From: Ranitomeya imitator
Lineage: Eukaryota
NCBI RefSeq assembly: GCF_032444005.1
Contig: NC_091288.1
Span: 217,186,001-217,250,000, forward strand
Reading direction: 5' to 3'
DNA: 64,000 nt
Shown here: positions 45,899-56,100 of the stretch, one piece after another
Numbering within the stretch: the first letter of the stretch is position 1
Layout: each line of letters starts with the position of its first letter
Position numbers and translations under genes: made by a program
The notes under the pieces: generated by a model
Seen by the model: the letters and a program-made list of their open reading frames with translations, nothing else
Told to the model about the DNA's origin: nothing
Database searches by the model: none

Positions 45899-48442
45899 CT
45901 GCTGGTGCAGTGTCTACAGGGCGTGCTCTGCAGTGCTGCACTGTGTGAGGTGTAGTGTGCATGTGTCGCCCCCTGCTGGTGCAGTGTCTACAGGGCGTGC
46001 TCTGCAGTGCTGCACTGTGTGAGGTGTAGTGTGCATGTGTCGCCCCCTGCTGGTGCAGTGTCTGTACAGGGCGTGCTCTGCAGTGCTGCACTGTGTGAGA
46101 TGTGTGCATGTGTCGCCCCCTGCTGGTGCAGTGTCTGTACAGGGCGTGCTCTGCAGTGCTGCACTGTGTGAGGTGTAGTGTGGATGTGTCGCCCCCTGCT
46201 GGTGCAGTGTCTACAGGGCGTGCTCTGCAGTGCTGCACTGTGTGAGGTGTAGTGTGCATGTGTCGCCCCCTGCTGGTGCAGTGTCTGTACAGGGCGTGCT
46301 CTGCAGTGCTGCACTGTGTGAGGTGTAGTGTGGATGTGTCGCCCCCTGCTGGTGCAGTGTCTACAGGGCGTGCTCTGCAGTGCTGCACTGTGTGAGGTGT
46401 AGTGTGGATGTGTCGCCCCCTGCTGGTGCAGTGTCTGTACAGGGCGTGCTCTGCAGTGCTGCACTGTGTGAGGTGTAGTGTGGATGTGTCGCCCCCTGCT
46501 GGTGCAGTGTCTACAGGGCGTGCTCTGCAGTGCTGCACTGTGTGAGGTGTAGTGTGGATGTGTCGCCCCCTGCTGGTGCAGTGTCTGTACAGGGCGTGCT
46601 CTGCAGTGCTGCACTGTGTGAGGTGTAGTGTGCATGTGTCGCCCCCTGCTGGTGCAGTGTCTGTACAGGGCGTGCTCTGCAGTGCTGCACTGTGTGAGAT
46701 GTAGTGTGGATGTGTCGCCCCCTGCTGGTGCAGTGTCTGTACAGGGCGTGCTCTGCAGTGCTGCACTGTGTGAGGTGTAGTGTGGATGTGTCGCCCCCTG
46801 CTGGTGCAGTGTCTGTACAGGGCGTGCTCTGCAGTGCTGCACTGTGTGAGGTGTAGTGTGGATGTGTCGCCCCCTGCTGGTGCAGTGTCTGTACAGGGCG
46901 TGCTCTGCAGTGCTGCACTGTGTGAGGTGTAGTGTGGATGTGTCGCCCCCTGCTGGTGCAGTGTCTGTACGGGGCGTGCTCTGCAGTGCTGCACTGTGTG
47001 AGGTGTAGTGTGGATGTGTCGCCCCCTGCTGGTGCAGTGTCTACAGGGCGTGCTCTGCAGTGCTGCACTGTGTGAGATGTAGTGTGCATGTGTCGCCCCC
47101 TGCTGGTGCAGTGTCTGTACAGGGCGTGCTCTGCAGTGCTGCACTGTGTGAGATGTAGTGTGCATGTGTCGCCCCCTGCTGGTGCAGTGTCTGTACAGGG
47201 CGTGCTCTGCAGTGCTGCACTGTGTGAGATGTAGTGTGCATGTGTCGCCCCCTGCTGGTGCAGTGTCTGTACAGGGCGTGCTCTGCAGTGCTGCACTGTG
47301 TGAGATGTGTGCATGTGTCGCCCCCTGCTGGTGCAGTGTCTGTACAGGGCGTGCTCTGCAGTGCTGCACTGTGTGAGGTGTAGTGTGCATGTGTCGCCCC
47401 CTGCTGGTGCAGTGTCTGTACAGGGCGTGCTCTGCAGTGCTGCACTGTGTGAGATGTGTGCATGTGTCGCCCCCTGCTGGTGCAGTGTCTGTACAGGGCG
47501 TGCTCTGCAGTGCTGCACTGTGTGAGGTGTAGTGTGGATGTGTCGCCCCCTGCTGGTGCAGTGTCTACAGGGCGTGCTCTGCAGTGCTGCACTGTGTGAG
47601 GTGTAGTGTGCATGTGTCGCCCCCTGCTGGTGCAGTGTCTGTACAGGGCGTGCTCTGCAGTGCTGCACTGTGTGAGGTGTAGTGTGCATGTGTCGCCCCC
47701 TGCTGGTGCAGTGTCTGTACAGGGCGTGCTCTGCAGTGCTGCACTGTGTGAGGTGTAGTGTGCATGTGTCGCCCCCTGCTGGTGCAGTGTCTGTACAGGG
47801 CGTGCTCTGCAGTGCTGCACTGTGTGAGGTGTAGTGTGGATGTGTCGCCCCCTGCTGGTGCAGTGTCTACAGGGCGTGCTCTGCAGTGCTGCACTGTGTG
47901 AGGTGTAGTGTGCATGTGTCGCCCCCTGCTGGTGCAGTGTCTACAGGGCGTGCTCTGCAGTGCTGCACTGTGTGAGGTGTAGTGTGGATGTGTCGCCCCC
48001 TGCTGGTGCAGTGTCTACAGGGCGTGCTCTGCAGTGCTGCACTGTGTGAGGTGTAGTGTGCATGTGTCGCCCCCTGCTGGTGCAGTGTCTGTACAGGGCG
48101 TGCTCTGCAGTGCTGCACTGTGTGAGGTGTAGTGTGGATGTGTCGCCCCCTGCTGGTGCAGTGTCTGTACAGGGCGTGCTCTGCAGTGCTGCACTGTGTG
48201 AGGTGTAGTGTGGATGTGTCGCCCCCTGCTGGTGCAGTGTCTACAGGGCGTGCTCTGCAGTGCTGCACTGTGTGAGGTGTAGTGTGCATGTGTCGCCCCC
48301 TGCTGGTGCAGTGTCTGTACAGGGCGTGCTCTGCAGTGCTGCACTGTGTGAGGTGTAGTGTGCATGTGTCGCCCCCTGCTGGTGCAGTGTCTGTACAGGG
48401 CGTGCTCTGCAGTGCTGCACTGTGTGAGGTGTAGTGTGCATG
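45899..48442. repeat. 71-76-bp satellite, each unit with a CTCF-consensus motif on the minus strand
   Basis: Unit ctgctggtgcagtgtctgtacagggcgtgctctgcagtgctgcactgtgtgaggtgtagtgtgcatgtgtcgcccc; about 34 copies; gtcgccccctgctggtgc equals GCACCAGCAGGGGGCGAC on minus. Confidence 0.95.
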
Positions 48443-48525
48443 TGTAAGGAGGTGGCCGGGACCCTCGTGTGCTTCCTCTCTCCTGAACACTGTTCACGTG
48501 TGTCAGTGCGGCATCCTGACAGTTA

Positions 48526-49241
48526 AGGCACCTTCACACATAACGATATCGTTGCAATGTCAAATTTTTTGTGACGTAGCAACGATCCCGCTAACGATCT
48601 CGTTATGTGTGACAGCGACCAACGATCAGGCCCCTGCTGGGAGATCGTTGGTCGTTGGGGAATGATCAGGACTTTTTTTGGCCGCTGATCACCCGCTGTC
48701 ATCCCACACGCCGTTCCAGCGATGTCTTCACTGGTAACCAGGGTAAACATCGGGTTACTAAGCGCAGGGCCGCACTTAGTAACCCGATGTTTACCCTGGT
48801 TACTGTTGTAAATGTAAAAAAAAAACCAGTACATACTTACATTCCGGTGTCTGGTCACGTCCCTCGCCGTCAGCTTCCTGCACTGACTGAGCGCCGGCCG
48901 TAAAGCACAGCGGTGACGTCACCGCTGTGCTCTGCTTTACGGCGGCCGGCGCTGACAGTCAGTGCGGGAAGCTGAAGGCGAGGGACATGACAGACACCGG
49001 AATGTAAGTATGTACTGGTTTTTTTTTTACATTTACAACAGTAACCAGGGTAAACATCGGGTTACTAAGCGCGGCCCTGCGCTTAGTAACCCGATGTTTA
49101 CCCTGGTTACCCGGGGACTTCGGCATCGTTGGTCGCTGGAGAGCTGTCTGTGTGACAGCTCTCCAGCGACCAAACAGCGACGCTGCAGCAATCGACATCG
49201 TTGTCGGTATCACTGCAGCGTCGCTTAGTGTGACAGTACCT
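48526..49241. mobile_element. MITE with TTA TSD in the 5' LTR; internal palindromes
   Basis: Ends aggcaccttcacac / gtgtgacagtacct; tta at 48523-48525 and 49242-49244; the paralogous LTR has the empty site gacagTTAttc. Confidence 0.85.
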
Positions 49242-52046
49242 TTATTTAGGCACAGGAGAGCCTTGTTTTGTCATGTCAGACACCGGGCAGTCTGCCAAGG
49301 GGTACAACACATACAGTGAGACCGTTACAGGCTGTGGGGGATAAGTCTGCAGATGGCAGTAAGGGGCCCCCGGCCTAAGAATAGTGCAGTCGGGCACCAG
49401 ATCAACAGGACCATCTCCAAGAAGGATCCAGGGTCTACGACTGTGGCGGGAGCAGCTGAGATGGCGTTCCCAGCACCTTTCCCTATTGGAATCAGACAAG
49501 GGGCTGACAGGGAGCTGGTGATGCTGAAGGTACAGATGGGACACGAACTGTCCAAAGATGCTGCCCGGAGGAAAGGAAAGCGCAGACAGGACAGAGTCTG
49601 GCTACAGGGACGGCCATGAATGCGGAGAGAAATGACAGAGATACTAGAGACTGACCGTATGGCAGAGGAAGGGAAAGTGCAGGAAACGTTGTCCGGTGTG
49701 AACTGTGCTGCTGATGTGAAGAATGCAGATAAGACGATGTCTGTGTGTGAACTGTGCCGTCTGTGAGATGAATGCGCTGCTGTCTAGTAAAGTTAAGCTG
49801 CTGGAAAAAGACCTCGTCTCTGAGGTGATTTGCGGAGCTCATGAATGCGGAGCCGGCATGGCAGCAGCTGAGGGGAATCTGACACAGCCTGTGAGTGTGC
49901 TGTGGGGCATGCAGCACAAGGGACTTTATTTATCTTTTCATGTACAAGGTGCCGGGGTGCTCACTGACTGTTGCTTAGTGAACTCGCCCATGACTACCAC
50001 CCCGTGCCACCTTGTTACCCTTGGAGTAGTCGGCAGGATCGAATCCAGAAGCCTTGCAGCTACAGAGCTGGTGGAAAAGATTCCTGGAACTTTGAAGGTG
50101 ACAGCCGTGAAAGAGTTAAAGATGGCGGCTGATAGTGACTTTAAGATGGGGCCGAACGCTGGCAAGGAGACAGCGGTCAGTGGCACAAAAATGGAGGGTG
50201 GTGCCGCTTTTCGTGGGCGTTCTGGAAAGAAATTGGCACCAAAAGGAAGGAGGCTCTGGGCTGAGTCGAGGCCACATCCCACTGTGACTGATGCCCGCCC
50301 GAAATGGGTGTGGGCGAAGAAGCTTCAGCCTTTCCAACAGAGTGTGAAGAAACGGGTGGAGCAGCCAGAAGTGAGTCGGGAGGAGCCCAGAACGGCAGGA
50401 TGGCATGTCCGGAAGAGAGACGCCATTGCCAAGTGAGATACCTGTCCGGATGCAGCGGCGGAGTATGTAATTCGGAGGAGGAATCTGCCCGCCAGAAGAA
50501 GTGATCAAGAAACCAGAAGTCATGGAGAGAGGGACCGTCGCGGCCGTAATCTCAAGTTCGCGCGGCCGCAGAGGAGGACCGTCGCAGCTGACTGCAGTTG
50601 CCGTGAGTTTGACACCGGCCCTCACCCCAGTCCCCGCATCTCCCCACGGCGGCCACCTAGATGAGTCCTGGGCCCCAATAGCGAGAGAGGGTCGGTGGGT
50701 GAAGGAAGTTATAAAAGAAACGGCAGGAGCACCGAATTTTAAAGGAGCTGCAGCAGCCAGGAGGAAGCATGTCCGGCTGGATGACACGTGGCTCCTACAG
50801 AAAGCTGGAGGAACAGTAATGAGTCGTCCTCCAGTGGGTCTTTGGGACACAGTGCGGCCCACTATTCCGGCCGCAAGGAGTGAGGGTGGCCCCTTTAAGA
50901 AGAAAGTGTTAGGCCAGCTGCACCAAAATATGTGAGACTGTTCAGCGTCTCTGGAAGGACAGTGAGCCATGGATGATACCAGGACTGAGTGTCAGTGGTG
51001 ACCCGAATGGTCACGGATAAGACTGCTGCTTTTGTTTTTCCCCTTCCTCATCCAAGTTTCATTTGCGCATCCCCTGCTGGATTACAGAACTGGAACCCTG
51101 AAAGGGTTAATCACCATGGACTGAGGGTGCGGTTGCTTTAAGGACTGTGTTGTTTTAACACTACATCTTACCTGCATTTGCCCCAAATTTTACCTGTCTT
51201 AACCTTGAACTGTTCCTTGATAAAGCCACCCACGTGTGTTTAAGGGCCTGTGATCTGCTAAAAGGAGAGAGGGGGAAAGAGCCTGTGCAGGAAGACCCGA
51301 GGAGCGAGCCGGGTCAGTACTGACTGGACTGCTGAGGTGGCCAACAGGCCATGTGTTTTAAGAGGCTTCCAGTTTTTGGCTACCTGGAGTGGGAAAGAAC
51401 TGGTCCATGGGCCCGAATGGTTGTGCGATACTGTATGTGTCTGAATCCCTGGAGCAATGGGACTGGGGTCAGTCGGACCCAAGTTAAAAGAGACTTGAAC
51501 TTTCTGTTCCAGGGCTCCAACCGAGTGCAGCCGGGGTAACGGTTGACCCACAAGATAAAGACTGTCCTAATTGTATATACGTTTAAAAAAAAATTCTAAC
51601 AGTATTAAGTTTACAGGTGCCGCCATGGTCGGGGACGACCATATTTTAGAAGAGAGGAGTGTAAGGAGGTGGCAGGGACCCTCGTGTGCTTCCTCTCTCC
51701 TGAACACGGAGCACGTGTGTCACATGTGGCATCCTGACAGTTATTCATGTTCACTAATGCTAATGTAATGTGCGGTTCCCTAAGGATCATTAATGTGTCA
51801 TGTATTCTAATGTGATGCATTTGTTGTATACTGTGTGTAAGCTTAGGGATAGTATAGGACCATAGGGGGATTAGAATAGAGGGGGCACATTAGAGATAGA
51901 GAATAGGATAGATAAGAGTATTAGTTTAGGAACAGGCAACAAGCAGAGCAGCACAGAGCAGGGAGATATAGGATAGGCACTTCCTGGTTCTGTCAGACAC
52001 CCTGGCAGTCTGACCAAGAGGCCGAATGCAAACAGTGAGACAGTTA

Positions 52047-52264
52047 GGGTATGTGTCCACGTTCAGGATTGCATCAGGATTTGGTCAGGATTTTATGTCA
52101 GTATTTGTAAGCCAAAACCAGGAGTGGCTGATAAAAAACAGAAGTGGTGCATATGTTTCTATTATACTTTTCCTCTAATTGTTCCACTCCTGGTTTTGGC
52201 TTACAAATACTGACATAAAACCCTGACCAAATCCTGATGCAATCCTGAACGTGGACACATACCC
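52047..52264. mobile_element. Near-perfectly palindromic MITE with TTA TSD in the 3' LTR
   Basis: gggtatgtgtccacgttcaggattgcatcagg... / ...cctgatgcaatcctgaacgtggacacataccc; tta at 52044-52046 and 52265-52267; empty site gagaccgTTAcagg in the other LTR. Confidence 0.9.
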
Positions 52265-53169
52265 TTACAGGCTGTGGGGGATAAGTCTGCAGATGGCAGT
52301 AAGGGGCCCCCGGCTGAAGAATAGTGCAGTCAGGCACCAGCTCAACAGGATCATCTCCAAGAAGGATCTGGACCGGGGAGGGAGCAGCTGAGATGGCGTT
52401 CCTGGCACCTTTCCCTATTGGAATCGGACAAGGAGCTGACAGAGAGCTGGTGATGCTGAAGCTACAGATGGGACACGAACTGTCCAAAGAGGCTGCCCAG
52501 ATGTCAGAGGAAAGGAAAGCGCAGACAGGACAGAGTCTGGCTAGAGGTACGGCCATGAATGCGGAGAGAAATGACAGAGATACTAGAGTCTGCCCATATG
52601 GCAGAGGAAGGGAAAGTGCAGGAAACGTTGTCCTGTGTGAACTGTGTTGCTGATGTGAAGAATGCAGATAAGATGTCTCTGTGTGTGAACTGTGCCGTCT
52701 GTGAGATGAATACGCTGCTGTCTAGTAAAGTTAAGCTGTTGGAAAAACCTCAAGTGATTTGCGGAGCTCATGAATGCGGAGCCGACATGGCAGCAGCTGA
52801 GGGGAATCTGACAGAGCCTGTGAGTGTGCTGTGGGGCTGCACATGCAGCACAAGGAACTTTATGTATCTTTTCATGTACAAGGTACCACCCCGTGCCACC
52901 TTGTTACACATGTCACCCCCTGCTGGTGCAGTGTCTTGCTCTGCAGTTTAGGGGCATCCGTCTATAACACTCCCAAATCATTATTTTCACCAAACTTTGC
53001 GACAGATTTTATAAAATGCCTTCTTATTATAGCTCCTGAGACAGCGAAGATAAGTGCCCCCTCCATGCAGTAACACAGTTTATATGAGGTTGTCAGCTCC
53101 GCTCTCCACCATAGAACAGAGTCCAGTCAGAGTCCTGGGATTTCTCCTCCATCTTTGGCGCAGGCAGTC

Positions 53170-56100
53170 TCAGCTTCGGCGCAGGAGGCGATGTCTCAGC
53201 TCCCGGCGCAGGAGGTCTCTCTCCTTCCGGATTCCCTGGAGGACGCTCTGGTTCTCCTGCGCTCGTCTCACCAGATACGGAAGCACCGAGTCCACCGAAC
53301 CGTAAGGGATGGACTTATAGACCAGATACCCAGCCTGACCTGAGGACGAGAGCGGCACATCAGCCCCCCGAGACGTACCACCAGATATACCGCGAGCATC
53401 TGCTCCGAGGAAAGACACCCGCACCAACCTACCGAGCGTGAGAGACACGTGGTCACACATCCCGAGGAGCTGCCCGAAGCACACGGCACCGCTGCTCCCA
53501 CCGATCCCGAGCTCCGCCATCCTGGGAGAGCAGAAAACCTGTATCCAATAGTATCCTGTGTGATACCGTCTGCTGAGCTGTGTATCTAATCCTCTCCTGT
53601 GTGATACTGTCTGCTGAGCCGTGTATCTAATCCTATCCTGTGTGATACTGTCTGCTGAGCCGTGTATCTAATCCTATCCTGTGTGATACTGTCTGCTGAG
53701 CCGTGTATCTAATCCTCTCCTGTGTGATACTGACTGCTGAGCCGTGTATCTAATCCTATCCTGTGTGATACTGACTGCTGAACCGTGTATCTAATCCTAT
53801 CCTGTGTGATACTGTCTGCTGAGCCGTGTATCTAATCCTCTCCTTTGTGATACTGACTGCTGAGCCGTGTATATAATCCTCTCCTTTGTGATACTGACTG
53901 CTGAGCCGTGTATCTAATCCTATCCTGTGTGATACTGTCTGCTGAGCCGTGTATCTAATCCTCTCCTGTGTGATACTGTCTGCTGAGCCGTGTATCTAAT
54001 CCCATCCTGTGTGATACTGTCTGCTGAGCCGTGTATCTAATCCTCTCCTGTGTGATACTGACTGCTGAGCTGTGTATCTAATCCTCTCCTGTGTGATACT
54101 GTCTGCTGAGCCGTGTATCTAATCCTATCCTGTGTGATACTGTCTGCTGAGCCGTGTATCTAATCCTCTCCTGTGTGATACTGACTGCTGAGCCGTGTAT
54201 CTAATCCTCTCCTGTGTGATACTGTCTGCTGAGCCGTGTATCTAATCCTCTCCTGTGTGATACTGACTGCTGAGCCGTGTATCTAATCCTCTCCTGTGTG
54301 ATACTGACTGCTGAGCTGTGTATCTAATCCTCTCCTGTGTGATACTGTCTGCTGAGCTGTGTATCTAATCCTATCCTGTGTGATACTGTCTGCTGAGCCG
54401 TGTATCTAATCCCATCCTGTGTGATACTGACTGCTGAGCCGTGTATCTCAGCCCTGTGGTACCCACCTCTGCGCAGCGTGCAGCACGGACTCCTCGTTGT
54501 GGCTGGCGATGATCAGGTTGTGTTTCGCTCCGTCCCGTGCGATCCGCTCCAGCAGGTGATCCAGTGATCGCTGGTAACTGGGGGTCAGAGGTCGGGTTTT
54601 TATTCCGCAGTGATACAATGTATCATTCCGCAGCCCTGATCTCACTGACACACTGTGCCGGCCCCTCAGCGGTGCCCGGTCTCGCCCCGTTTTCCTCACC
54701 TTCTGTTGGTGGCCGCCCAGTCGGGCTGGACGGGGTCGCTGTAACCCTTCTCTTTCGCCATTTTCCGCTCCTTGTCCATATACGCCCCGCGGACCAACTT
54801 CACCCCAAAACTCCGGCCCAGACTGTCGGCCGTGCGCAGGTCCTGGGTCAGGTTCTTGTAGGAATCCTCCATGATGGAAAAACAAAGCAGAAAGGTGAGT
54901 AGCGGCCCGTCCAAGAGGGCGTCACCCACATAACTTCACCCCTCGCACGACCACTTAAAGGTACGCGGCCCCTTCTCCAAGATGGCGGAGACCACCGACT
55001 GCCGTGTCTCCATGGCGACCGTCTCACCTTTAAGTAGCACTGATAGGTGTTCCAGATCCAGGGCTCGTCCGTGTTGCACTGGGCCATCATCGCCATGGTA
55101 ACCAGGCTGAGCGCGGGGTTCACGTACGTGTATTCAGCATCCACCAGGACACGGACGCGCTTCGCCTTGGCGTGCTGCGGGGAGATCAGAGGCAGTGTAC
55201 TGTACAGCAGGCTGGGCCGCGGGTAGTCACCCAGACAGGAGCCAGGTGGTTGCTAGGCAACACCGCCCATTCGCCGTCGTCCTCACCTTCCCGACGCGGC
55301 TGAGCCTCCGCACCGCGGTCTGGAGATGCCGATTCTGCTCCTCGGACAGGAAGGGAAGAACCGGATCCTGCGAGAACAAGTGTCAGAACATTGTGCCAAT
55401 ATGGCCGAAAAACGGAACCGGCCCCCCCGTACCTGGCCCTCCATGATGGAGACGATCCGCTGAGGACTGAGCGCCGCCCGCCGATCCGGATCTGACAGAC
55501 ACACGGACAGAACCTTCTGATGACGGGAGGGAAGAAGAGGAGACGTCATGACTGGGTCTGATGGTTGTCGCTTCCCCTCCCCCGCTCACCCCGGCTTTAT
55601 ATCGCACTCACGCACAGGTCGGCGCTCATCAGGGCCGTGATTTTCAGCTGCATCATGGGACGGTCCCCTCCAGCCGAGGAGAGGTCCACACACTTCAGCA
55701 TGATCTCCTCGTTCTGCTGGTACCAGCGCTCCCTGCGAAATGATGCGGGAAATACGGAGCAAAGCGTTTCTAGAAGATTGTGTGCAGTACCGAGCATGGC
55801 CTGCAGGTGGCACTGCTCCTACTCAATAGTAACAGAAGTGACATCTGCTGGCAGGAACTGGTACTGCAGCGCAAACTATCTAAAAAAACATCTTTTTGTT
55901 TTGTTTTCGTTCTCATCTGTAGAGATGTAAATTCTGGCTCCAATGTAAAATCTAGAACAAGACCCCTGATCACCATTCAAACACTCTTAAAGCCAATGTG
56001 TCATCAGATTAAGCACTATTGGTCATTATTTTATGGTCTTTAAGAGAGGGTGTGGCTCACAGGATCCTTTCGGGTGTGTCCATGGGCTGATTTGCATAAT

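Larger units (their letters stand above)
48443..52908 (+). mobile_element. Old non-autonomous LTR retroelement (diverged LTRs, ~1.6-kb internal region without recognisable pol)
   Basis: 5' LTR 48443-50019 (TGTAAGG...TGTTACC), PBS TGGAGTAGTCGGCAGGAT at 50022-50039 (tRNA-Ser-like), PPT AGAAGAGAGGAG at 51648-51659, 3' LTR 51660-52908 (TGTAAGG...TGTTACA), 4-bp TSD CATG at 48439-48442 and 52909-52912; the satellite monomer resumes after 52912. Confidence 0.85.

Noticed and set aside
44081-48497. Gly/Glu-rich and His/Thr/Cys-rich ORFs resembling structural or metal-binding proteins
   Set aside because: Translations of the 19-20-bp and 76-bp arrays, with several frames open at once.
49242-52951. 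Duplicated ORFs (MAVRGPRPKNSAVG..., Cys-rich CVNC repeats) as a tandem gene pair
   Set aside because: They lie in the two LTRs of the retroelement, differ by frameshifts and match no protein I recognise.
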